A program made the position numbers and the translations under genes. Shown here one piece after another: positions 49,353-58,489 of a DNA stretch of 64,000 nt. Each line of letters begins with the position of its first letter. The first letter of the stretch is position 1. This stretch comes from a bacterium (lineage in GTDB: Bacteria > SZUA-182 > DTGQ01 > JBLIRR01). The notes below the pieces were generated by a model that saw nothing but the letters and a program-made list of their open reading frames with translations, made no database searches and was not told the origin of the DNA. The stretch covers positions 59,710-123,709 of the forward strand of contig JBLIRR010000009.1 in NCBI GenBank assembly GCA_049472395.1, in the 5' to 3' direction.

Positions 49353-49514
49353 ACGTTCTCCTCATCTTTTTGTGTATTATGCGTACTTTGTCAGAAAAAA
49401 ATAAAAAAATCTTTCTACTGAATAGTATAGTTCTCATTATATCATAGAAAGGGTATATATTAGAGAAAATGTTTTTATTATTTTTTAGCCCTTTTTGAAA
49501 AAAGGGAGAGAAGG

Positions 49515-49961
49515 TTATGGAAATATTAATATATTATTGGTAATTCCCTTTATACCGTAAACAGTGCAAGCCAGTTCTTCTATCAGATATTTCTCCCACA
49601 ATTGCTGAACATGTCCTTCAAGTGTTACCCATCGGTTATTTATTAAAACCTCGATATGATAAATATCAATATCTGCATACAATTTAAGAACATTGATAAG
49701 ATTTGATTTCAGATTCGCGTCATCCGGCAGCACCTCTGTGCTCGGATATTGAACCACTATATTATTAATGACGCGCGAGACTCCTAGTATATGCGAGGCA
49801 TAGACTTCAGCCTTATGCGAGGCTAAATAACCGAATACGGCGCCTGACAATGTCACTTGCCCATCTTTAACAGCGACCTTAACATTGGCGAGATCGACCT
49901 GGCCGTCCTGACAAAGACGATCTATGAGTACTTTTTTGATGTGTTGATCTAGGCGAGACAT
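49515..49961 (-). CDS. Tandem BON-domain protein (OsmY-like), no signal peptide
   Basis: Two repeats of the BON pattern (...VKVAVKDGQVTLSGAV... / ...IEVLINNRWVTLEGHV...). Confidence 0.5.
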   Translation of the reverse strand: MSRLDQHIKKVLIDRLCQDGQVDLANVKVAVKDGQVTLSGAVFGYLASHKAEVYASHILGVSRVINNIVVQYPSTEVLPDDANLKSNLINVLKLYADIDIYHIEVLINNRWVTLEGHVQQLWEKYLIEELACTVYGIKGITNNILIFP

Positions 49962-50532
49962 AGTTATCCCTTTTCCCTTATTCTTTCTCTTCTCGGAGGT
50001 ATTATTCTCTTTTCTATTTTCAGGATCTTAACATACTATTTAAAAAATTATTATATATAATGATTAAATTCTCATCAATTGTTTATTGCCTCTTTTATTT
50101 GACTTTTTACTACCTGTTATATGAATACATCCTTATCTTTCAATGTATGATTCTTATAACAATAGTAAGACGTATTCATTGTCGAAGTTCAATTTTCCAT
50201 TGATTATTCGTACACTCATTTATAGCAATTGTAATATCAATTAAACCGTCGAATAATTTTTTATCGCTCCACCACCCAACAAATAGCCGGAATCCCTTGT
50301 ATATCTAAGAGTACGCCATAATGAGATTGCTGATATTTCAGTTACTGTGTTGAAAAATTATCAATAATTATATATAATTCTATTATTAAAAACAAAGAAC
50401 ACATTACTTCTCTTACCGTTATTCGTATGAGTTCGAAGCCTTGAATGTTGAACCTATGAACGTCCAGGAAAAACAGAAGAGAAAGCAGGGGAGGGGCATT
50501 ATGAGGAAAATAAAAAATGAGATCAAGAGTAT

Positions 50533-51972
50533 ATGAAAACCTTTAAAAGAGGAGAAAAGAATATGAGATGGATGAACAAAACTATATTTTCTATAATAGT
50601 GTTCATTGCATGTAGTTATGTGTTACACATACCATGTTCAGCGCAACAATACCAGGTGTATATGGGAGCACCTCTTTACATGGCAGCGAAGAATATGTAT
50701 CAGTATTCACCCTCCTTTTCCATAGTGAACAAATGGACTTCCCTTATGGAAAATAACTGGATAAATACCATGAATATCCAAGTACGTAGTTACGCACCAT
50801 CAATTTTTACACCGCATGATTTCTGGTGGACAATGTACCCAATCGATACGCAGACAGAGGAGCTGCCGGAGGAGGGACATCAGACTCAAGGATTAATGCT
50901 TCTCATTGAATTTGAGGGAATAGAGGGACTGAGTAATTTTGTCTATGAGCTTCAAAGCAGGGAAATTGTTTCACTATTATTAGCCTCAGCACAGTTTGTA
51001 GAGGAGAATTGCGAACAGGTAAAAATGCTTCAACAGTATGGATTGGAAGTGGGGGCTGTGTACTCGAATGTAGCGCTTTGGGATGTACCCTATGAGGAGC
51101 AGTTTGATATTATGAAAACAACTGTCGAGGATATTGAGGCGTGTATCGGTAAACCGGTAAGAATATTCGGATCGAGGTATTTTGCCTACGATGAAAATAC
51201 CGTGAGGGCTGCTGAAGCCCTTGGCATTCCTTATGTGCTCGCACGGGGAACCACTGGGGCTAAGGCAACGATTTATCAACCGGAAGAATATGATGTTAAA
51301 ATCTTTTCGGTTTCAAATGTGTCATCAGAGAAGTATGGAACAGGAAGTCTCTGTGACTACAGTTATTGGGCGCGCGAGGGAACGTCAGAGCAGTTCAGAG
51401 AAGAGCTGTATGGAGCGCTCACATTTGATAAAATCTCTCCGGTGTCCCATACCTATATCGGGGGATTAAAAGCAGCATGGAATGAAGTGTATATAGATTT
51501 TTTCGACAATGCTGATGTTGTATGGGTTGATTTGGATACCTTCGGAAGTATTGATAGCACACTTCCTTTTGCAGAGATCCCACAGAATCGAGAGGTCCAA
51601 TATACTACACCAAAACCGGCCGTCCCTTTAGAGGAAGAACCTAATGTGGCAAACCCCTGTGCTCTTGAAGATTTTCCCTTTTATAATGATCAGGGAGGGA
51701 ATGTAGGGGACAAGATCGTGTTCTTTCATAACGGGACTGGCCCCATGTGTCTGGATTTCCTTGATTTTATTGCCACAATCGAGTATCCCATAGAGGAATA
51801 TCTCATAGGTGATGAAGAATTCAGGGATGCATTGAATGCCCTTAAAGCTGAATTCGGATCAAGTGAAGGTGTCTCAGCCTCTTTTGGCTATTTCCCCATA
51901 ATATTCATTCGCAATAAAGCGTATTCAGGATTTAATGAGACGATTCAGTCTGATATAGAGGGGATGCTGTAA
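50533..51972 (+). CDS. Secreted hypothetical protein
   Basis: Signal peptide (...PCSAQQ). 479 aa with no confident motif. A possible polysaccharide-deacetylase-like central region is unverified. Confidence 0.4.
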   Translation: MKTFKRGEKNMRWMNKTIFSIIVFIACSYVLHIPCSAQQYQVYMGAPLYMAAKNMYQYSPSFSIVNKWTSLMENNWINTMNIQVRSYAPSIFTPHDFWWTMYPIDTQTEELPEEGHQTQGLMLLIEFEGIEGLSNFVYELQSREIVSLLLASAQFVEENCEQVKMLQQYGLEVGAVYSNVALWDVPYEEQFDIMKTTVEDIEACIGKPVRIFGSRYFAYDENTVRAAEALGIPYVLARGTTGAKATIYQPEEYDVKIFSVSNVSSEKYGTGSLCDYSYWAREGTSEQFREELYGALTFDKISPVSHTYIGGLKAAWNEVYIDFFDNADVVWVDLDTFGSIDSTLPFAEIPQNREVQYTTPKPAVPLEEEPNVANPCALEDFPFYNDQGGNVGDKIVFFHNGTGPMCLDFLDFIATIEYPIEEYLIGDEEFRDALNALKAEFGSSEGVSASFGYFPIIFIRNKAYSGFNETIQSDIEGML

Positions 51973-51989
51973 GGGGTTTAAGGGACAAA

Positions 51990-53345
51990 TCAAATAGTAT
52001 TATCAGATAAAAGAAACGCGGTTTCTCCGGCTTTGATATGAATGGTATCAAGATGCTGTGAGCCCCCACAGTGATTGACAGAAATACAGTACTCTCCTTC
52101 AGGCACAAAACTGCGCGCCAAGTAAATCTCACCCGGTAATGTTTTCCATGATCGCGTGTCCGCCTTTTCTATAAAAACAGTATTTGTCACATTGGCCGCA
52201 AACCTGAGAAAAGGATCATCTATCTTTTTCGTTGCTGTTTGTTTGAGAGCGACCCTGGCAATTGCTTTGGCCATAATCCTGCCTTTGCGGTCGTCAAGGT
52301 TTTTAACCGCGATTTTATTAATATCTTCCACTAATTCAGCCTCAACAGTAATTGTTTTTGATGGTCCCTTAATAATCATTGTGCTGGCGCTGCACTGGGG
52401 TTTATTTACCACATAGCGAGGGAACGCCATTGACACCGGCCCCTCTTTTGTTCCCACAATGAGTTTATCTTCAATCTTTACAGGCGATTTTCCGTTAAGG
52501 TGAATCATTACGATCCTGCCCATCTTCTCTGCATTTTTCTGTTGTATCCCCGTATAGTGATCTGCACCTATGTTGTACCTGTCGAGCTCATCAGCTCTGC
52601 CGGTGGCCTGGGCGACTCTTATGATGTCATGGAGTAATGATTCCGGCATGCGAGTGCCATAATGCTTCCCATAATCCTGAAAAGCCTTGAATGCCTTGAA
52701 GTAATCTATATACGCATCCTCAAGGTTCCCGTTGGCCTCATAAAGCATACCGCTTAAGTATCTGCCGAAGGCATCCTCCTTATACACATTCTTTTTTTCA
52801 TATTTATCATTAAATGACAGAAGCAAGGAATCAAGACGCCGACACTCAACCAGAGCATCTTCATTCTTCCCCTCTATCACGTAATTTAAAGCGGAAAAAA
52901 GATTAATAAGCGCCCTCTCAAAATCCTCTCCATTGTAAGGGAGTATAAAGTCATTCGTAATAAATGAAGCAGCTTCTTTTGATAATTTCTTGGTCCAAAG
53001 CTCTTCAGCAAGTTTTTCAGCCTTGTGAAAATAGGTGTTGCTTTCATCATAATTTCCGCATCTAAGATTGATCATGGCAGAATCAAGTAAGAAAATCAGG
53101 GTATTGTTATGCCCATACGATTTCTTATTTTTTTTTAGAAACTCAATCGCAACGGGGCAATTGCGGGCTCGCATATGATTCTCTAACGTACGGTAATTAA
53201 GCGCCGGTGCACAGCCCCCGCACAAGGTGAATCCTACCATGATAATAATAAAGTATAAGTGAAGGGGAGAGGAACGCATACCGGACAGGGGGACCACCGC
53301 AGGTGGAAGCTCCCCCTGTTCTCTATGGTGTGCTAATAATTTCAT
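51990..53345 (-). CDS. TPR-like lipoprotein (COG3014-like); the true start is probably the internal Met giving the lipobox LCGGC (about 53279)
   Basis: Lipoprotein signal MRSSPLHLYFIIIMVGFTLCGGC. Helical repeat region. Sits in a lipoprotein operon. Confidence 0.45.
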   Translation of the reverse strand: MKLLAHHREQGELPPAVVPLSGMRSSPLHLYFIIIMVGFTLCGGCAPALNYRTLENHMRARNCPVAIEFLKKNKKSYGHNNTLIFLLDSAMINLRCGNYDESNTYFHKAEKLAEELWTKKLSKEAASFITNDFILPYNGEDFERALINLFSALNYVIEGKNEDALVECRRLDSLLLSFNDKYEKKNVYKEDAFGRYLSGMLYEANGNLEDAYIDYFKAFKAFQDYGKHYGTRMPESLLHDIIRVAQATGRADELDRYNIGADHYTGIQQKNAEKMGRIVMIHLNGKSPVKIEDKLIVGTKEGPVSMAFPRYVVNKPQCSASTMIIKGPSKTITVEAELVEDINKIAVKNLDDRKGRIMAKAIARVALKQTATKKIDDPFLRFAANVTNTVFIEKADTRSWKTLPGEIYLARSFVPEGEYCISVNHCGGSQHLDTIHIKAGETAFLLSDNTI

Positions 53346-53930
53346 TTATTTGAATTCACCGAACTCTTTCTCTATTTCTTCATCAAGCTCTTCCTGGGCC
53401 TTTTGCGCCTGGAATTTTTGCCATAATGATTTTTCATTTTTGTAGCTGGTCATCATTGAATTTTTCACAGCTTGGGCTGCCATCTCAGAATCAAGGGTAA
53501 CAAGCACATATATCTCTCCGCTTGGAGATATCCATACATCCTTTTGCCTTGAACCTGTAATGACCTGGCTTGCAACCTGTTTTGAAACATTTGTGGATAC
53601 CTTGTCCACGGTTTCGTCATCGCCAATTCCCGTATTTTCTGTGAAATTCTTGACCATATTCTTTACTTTTACGTTCATCATTCTGGCTAATTCATCCCGT
53701 GCATTTGCTAAAGCCATGGTCCTGGTGTGCTGCACGCCTGCTTTGCTTTTTTGTGATGAACCAACCGCAGCTAATCCCTGGTCCGCCGATGCCCCAAGAA
53801 CCCATTGTGGGGCATTGGCAAATTCGTTCGCCAAATCTTTATCCTGTATCTTTGTGCCCTTTTTACGCCCGCAACCGGACACGGTGATAAAGAGCATTAA
53901 AATTATCGTGCACCATGCAATTTTTTTCAT
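53346..53930 (-). CDS. LPP20/FlgP-like lipoprotein
   Basis: Lipobox VSGC. ...QHTRTMALANARDELARMMNVKV resembles the LPP20 fold signature. Confidence 0.45.
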   Translation of the reverse strand: MKKIAWCTIILMLFITVSGCGRKKGTKIQDKDLANEFANAPQWVLGASADQGLAAVGSSQKSKAGVQHTRTMALANARDELARMMNVKVKNMVKNFTENTGIGDDETVDKVSTNVSKQVASQVITGSRQKDVWISPSGEIYVLVTLDSEMAAQAVKNSMMTSYKNEKSLWQKFQAQKAQEELDEEIEKEFGEFK

Positions 53931-53966
53931 ATACTGTCTCCTTTCATGTGGTTAAAATTTTGGTCG

Positions 53967-55442
53967 TTATGTTGACTCATGAAAATAAATCACTTTCGGT
54001 TTTTCATTTTTGAATTGGGGCATGGCCATTCCGATATCAGCATTAATATAGGTTGGATCACATATGATATAGCGGATGCCATTGGCGAGGATACTGTCAC
54101 CTTCTAGAGGGTCTGTAAACTTGACTGCCGTTGCCAGATGATTCGGATAATGAAGACCGATGACGGAAAGCCCGGTAAGTTTTCTCACTAAAAATGCAAA
54201 AAGAATGGATCGGTCTTCGCAATCTGAGAAAGGATAATAGAGAGTTTCTTCAGAAAGCATATACTTCTCTCTTCCGAATTGGGCATCGTCAGTCTTATAT
54301 TCAAAGGCTGTCTGCACAAAGTGGAGTAAGAAATTGACAGCCTCTCCCTCAGATTTCCCTCCAATATACGGTCTTAATCCATTGAGTAACGATTCTGTTG
54401 CTTCATCCGAGACCGGGGCTTGAAAATATACCTCAAAATTTGTCTGGGGGTAAAACCTAAAGAATTCAATAAGTTCTGCATTAAAGGTGACAGGAATCTC
54501 ATAACGCTTCCCCTGATAGTCAAATGAGAGGTTTTTTGTACTGGGTATATGCGTTATGTTCGGAGAAAATTGAATGCTCGTATCCATCACGCGATCAGCT
54601 TCAGGATAACTTCCTTTATAGGTATATAACGCTCCAAGCTGCTTTTTGGTTTCATCAAATGAAATGGCATAATATTTTTTTCCATCCAATTTGATAAAAG
54701 GAACCGCGTAGAGTGTAGTGTGTGAAGGCAGCAATAGATTTACTTTATTTTCATTATAACCTATACGCGCCTCATAACCTGATTTTGAAAGGATGAACCA
54801 GGCTAAAAGCGTCGTTTCATTGGCGTTTTCTTTACCATAGAGTGCTTCACCCATTTTATATATAAGAAAATAGTAGCCCCAGTCATTGAGCTGGAGGTCG
54901 TTCTTATATGTGTGGATAGCATGGACAGTATTTTCATAGGACGCTTTGCTCAAAGTTTCCCAGAAAGAGCTGATATTATTCTTATCTATACTCCCTTTTA
55001 TTGTGAGCTTCATGGCAGGATCGTAAGGGATATCAAGTGATTGTCCGAAAAAAGTTATCGTCACAGACCTTCCCTCTATCTTCTGCCCAACAGGCTCTTT
55101 CTTCGGAGTCGGTTTTGGAGGAGCCTGTGCGGGTATTTTTTCTATTTTCGTGCCCTGAAAAGATTTTTCTTTATCTGCCGCTTTCTGAGAGGGAGCACGA
55201 GGGACTCTTACAGGTTTTGGTTTCTCATATATTTTAGCACCCGCAAAGAGGGTGAATTCTTTCCACTGTCTTTTAAGGTACCTGGTAAATTCCTTGTCCC
55301 GTTTATCTTTGAATTCCTGAAAATCACCAAGTTCCTGTTTTTTCCACTTCTCAAATTCACTTTCTGCACCTGTGTGATGTATGAGAACAAATGAAAATAG
55401 AATAAAAATCAAGACACAAGAATTTTTCCATTTTATCATCAC
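53967..55442 (-). CDS. Secreted protein with possible transglutaminase-like/papain-fold Cys-His-Asp domain
   Basis: Signal peptide. C-terminal ...YPFSDCEDRSILFAFLVRK...HYPNHLATAV...YIICDPT is arranged like the C/H/D triad of transglutaminase-like cysteine peptidases. Low certainty. Confidence 0.35.
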   Translation of the reverse strand: MMIKWKNSCVLIFILFSFVLIHHTGAESEFEKWKKQELGDFQEFKDKRDKEFTRYLKRQWKEFTLFAGAKIYEKPKPVRVPRAPSQKAADKEKSFQGTKIEKIPAQAPPKPTPKKEPVGQKIEGRSVTITFFGQSLDIPYDPAMKLTIKGSIDKNNISSFWETLSKASYENTVHAIHTYKNDLQLNDWGYYFLIYKMGEALYGKENANETTLLAWFILSKSGYEARIGYNENKVNLLLPSHTTLYAVPFIKLDGKKYYAISFDETKKQLGALYTYKGSYPEADRVMDTSIQFSPNITHIPSTKNLSFDYQGKRYEIPVTFNAELIEFFRFYPQTNFEVYFQAPVSDEATESLLNGLRPYIGGKSEGEAVNFLLHFVQTAFEYKTDDAQFGREKYMLSEETLYYPFSDCEDRSILFAFLVRKLTGLSVIGLHYPNHLATAVKFTDPLEGDSILANGIRYIICDPTYINADIGMAMPQFKNEKPKVIYFHEST

Positions 55443-55451
55443 AAGATACCT

Positions 55452-56444
55452 TTATTCTGGATCTTTAAAATAGTCGAGAATCCTCACGGTAAGTACCTTA
55501 GAAACTTTTTTTATGGCATTATGTGCCGCTTCGGAATAAGTGAGATGTGAACCTCTCTTATTCTCCTCAATCTTACCAACTATTTCATTGGTATGAGTAT
55601 CCATAATAGCAACTGATACAGTGGCACGCGCATACTTCCAATCAGGATTTTTAATGTCCACCTGTTCGAGAGTGACGGAGCCTTTAAGAGTGATATTGGA
55701 ATTGTCCCTTTCCGTGGTTATGATATACCCCTCCTGACCCAACTGTTCTGAAATCAAGCTCGCCACTGTCTTTGTATAGTTATCCTCGGCAAAATCGAGG
55801 TATATTCTCATACTCGCCTTTATACTGTGTATTTTTTTGTAAATATCCCGTATTTCATAATCAGTGATGGACGCATCCTCAAAGCCAAGAACTCTCAATC
55901 TGCTTGCGATGACCTGCCTTTCAAGCCAAAGCTTATTAATGTGCAGGAGCGATCGTAACTTCGAGAAGGGGCTAGGCATACTCTCAAGAGAATTAAGAGT
56001 TATTTCTATTTTATCATCCATACTGTCTATTTTTTCCTGCCACTCCCTCCTCGCTTTTTGTCTGTTAAGAACCGCAAGAGCATAATAGACATTTTGTTTC
56101 TCGTCATACCATGTTTTCCCTATCGTGACCCCTTTAAGCTCAACGGCCGAGAGTACCCCGATTTTTTGTTCAGCATCCCTCGTGACAGTCTCTTCTCCGG
56201 ATTCACTTGTGGCTGATCTTACTATACTAAGTACGCTGCTCATTACGGTGGATTCAAAAATGGATGACATCTCTGCCTTTGCCTGACGCCGTGCCTCTTG
56301 CTCTGATTGGCCGATTCCTGTTGCGGTAAGGTATTTTGAGGCTGAATACTCTGGGGTGATATCCGGTTTTTTTGATGCTGCAAATGCCGGGAGTGCGCTC
56401 AATAAAAACATCAGTAAAAGGAGTTTTTTCATTGTGCCTCTCAT
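55452..56444 (-). CDS. LPP20/FlgP-like lipoprotein with C-terminal extension
   Basis: Signal peptide ...FAAS. YLTATGIGQSEQEARRQAKAEM matches the LPP20-type motif. Confidence 0.5.
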   Translation of the reverse strand: MRGTMKKLLLLMFLLSALPAFAASKKPDITPEYSASKYLTATGIGQSEQEARRQAKAEMSSIFESTVMSSVLSIVRSATSESGEETVTRDAEQKIGVLSAVELKGVTIGKTWYDEKQNVYYALAVLNRQKARREWQEKIDSMDDKIEITLNSLESMPSPFSKLRSLLHINKLWLERQVIASRLRVLGFEDASITDYEIRDIYKKIHSIKASMRIYLDFAEDNYTKTVASLISEQLGQEGYIITTERDNSNITLKGSVTLEQVDIKNPDWKYARATVSVAIMDTHTNEIVGKIEENKRGSHLTYSEAAHNAIKKVSKVLTVRILDYFKDPE

Positions 56445-57040
56445 AGAGAAAAGCGAGGACGTTTAATGAATTTCTTTATTTTCTTCTCACCTATCCATGC
56501 TTTTCTATTCGTTTCAACATCAATAAGCTCGAGATTAACCTGATAGAACATGACCGCTTTGCCCCCAATCTTATCCTGTATGGTGCTTATGGTCCCTTTT
56601 AACATAAAGTCAGCGCCTATTTCCTCGCCAGCTGATTTCGCCGTGTCTTCAGATGAATGAATAGCTTGATCTTTACGCTCATCCCGTATCTCTTCTCTTT
56701 CCTCTTTTGCCGCGACAAAGTCCACCTCGCCTGAGTTTATTAATGCCCGTTCAAGGTCTTTGACAAAGGTTTGCACATTAATATGCTCATGACTGCGATT
56801 CTTGATCGTTCCCACAATAACAACGGGTAATGTCCCCCCATGCCCCTTTTTAAAATTATTAAGCCATGGACGTTGGAGAGAGTCACCGATCATCTCTTCA
56901 GATACGAGACGGGAATCGGTGTCATTCCACCGTCCGCTCAGATCAACTGTTTCGGTGGTGTCAATTCTCTTTACGGATGTCGCGCATCCAATGGCGAGAA
57001 ACAGGGTAAAAACAAGCAGTAATTTTAATAAATTCTTCAT
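56441..57040 (-). CDS. LpoB/FlgO-like (COG3417-type) lipoprotein
   Basis: Lipobox LAIGC. Central GTIKNRSHEHINVQTF...LERALINSG pattern as in LpoB-family lipoproteins. Confidence 0.5.
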   Translation of the reverse strand: MKNLLKLLLVFTLFLAIGCATSVKRIDTTETVDLSGRWNDTDSRLVSEEMIGDSLQRPWLNNFKKGHGGTLPVVIVGTIKNRSHEHINVQTFVKDLERALINSGEVDFVAAKEEREEIRDERKDQAIHSSEDTAKSAGEEIGADFMLKGTISTIQDKIGGKAVMFYQVNLELIDVETNRKAWIGEKKIKKFIKRPRFSL

Positions 57041-57195
57041 CTCACAATTTCCTCCCCAGAAAATTAATAATTTTTTTTATGAAGATAACAGCTTATTAAA
57101 AATATGTCAAATTATAATGTATAATATCAGCAATTCTAATTTTGACTGTTAAATTTCTCGCCATATTTTATATACCCATAATGAGATTGATTATA

Positions 57196-58209
57196 TTATA
57201 TAAGATCAGCAAGAAAGTCATAATTTCTTGTTTTATTAAATTTTTCAAGCTCCTCGATAAGTAATTCATCACCAGGGCGGATAAAGGAGCCCCCCTCAAC
57301 GGCTAATCCTTCATCAAATAGCCCAATAAATATGGAAATATTTTTTCCCTTGCCATGATACGCAGCCCGTGCCACATCAATAAGGAATGGCGGCATATAG
57401 TGGCCCTCAATAAATTGTTCTTCAAGCACTGTTCCTTTGGCTGCATAGGTAGGATTAAGATGCATATTGATGCGAATATTATATTTATCGGCTATGGTGC
57501 TCAAATAGTCAATTCCCTGTTCAATATCCTTCCGTGCCTTTTCGTCACTCATGTCTGATACGGGTTTTTGCATGAAATAGCATTTAAGCCTGTATTTGTA
57601 AGGCGCGATCTTTTTTATAAAGTTTTCAAAAAGCTCAAAGCTTAAACCCTTCTGAAATATCTCATTACGGATCTTTTCATTAAAAGCTTCAAAGCCTATA
57701 GCCAGCTCAAGTTCCGTTGGCGTGTCCCCCTCCTTCAATGCTCGCGACAGAAATTCCAATTCCTCCACTTCCACATATTCAGGTCGTGTTTCCATGCACA
57801 AGGTGTGCAGATTCGGGAAGGAGAGATTTATCTTCGCCATAAGGTACATGAGTGCAGTTGAAGAAAAGGTTACTTCATCAAGCACTGAGCCATTATTGCT
57901 TAGAATTATTTTTTGAATGGATTCTTTGTGCTCCAGTACTTTCGGATCATTGAAAATATGGTCAACCTGAGCGATGAGGGCCTTGTAGCTTACATGCTCC
58001 TTTGACATCTTGGAGGGAAGGTTACAGCCGATACATCGTGACCACCGACATGCCTGGGTGTAAAATACTGTAAAGAGAATAAGCCCTTCATCTGAGTTCT
58101 GGAACCACATTTGGGCAGGCTTATTTTCATTATGCGATTCATTAAAGGTGTATTTCTTAAATCCTTTTTCAGATCCACTTTGAATTTGTTTTTCCGCGAT
58201 CTTTTTCAT
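57196..58209 (-). CDS. Putative Fe-S (radical-SAM-like) enzyme with non-canonical Cx4Cx2C motif
   Basis: TQACRWSRCIGCN near the N-terminus. About 337 aa with a TIM-barrel-like length. Family not recognised with confidence. Confidence 0.35.
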   Translation of the reverse strand: MKKIAEKQIQSGSEKGFKKYTFNESHNENKPAQMWFQNSDEGLILFTVFYTQACRWSRCIGCNLPSKMSKEHVSYKALIAQVDHIFNDPKVLEHKESIQKIILSNNGSVLDEVTFSSTALMYLMAKINLSFPNLHTLCMETRPEYVEVEELEFLSRALKEGDTPTELELAIGFEAFNEKIRNEIFQKGLSFELFENFIKKIAPYKYRLKCYFMQKPVSDMSDEKARKDIEQGIDYLSTIADKYNIRINMHLNPTYAAKGTVLEEQFIEGHYMPPFLIDVARAAYHGKGKNISIFIGLFDEGLAVEGGSFIRPGDELLIEELEKFNKTRNYDFLADLI

Positions 58210-58489
58210 AAATCATAATTATATAGAGGCGATTTTTTTTTTCAAGAAAGATGATAATTTTTTCGCAATTTTCATTTTGGATTATAGATTATATAAGAAA
58301 TGCCGGCAATTTTTCAGGCATTTTTTTTGCATAAAATTTTTTTTAGTACTTAGAAAATGAAAGAATAGTATAATTTCGTTGTCTTTTCATAAAAGATTAA
58401 AGTAACAAATAGCGCATGAGCGCATGACTTTTTTGTTAAAATTAATAAATAAAATGTATATATACATTTCAAAAAAAGGGGCGGAGAGA

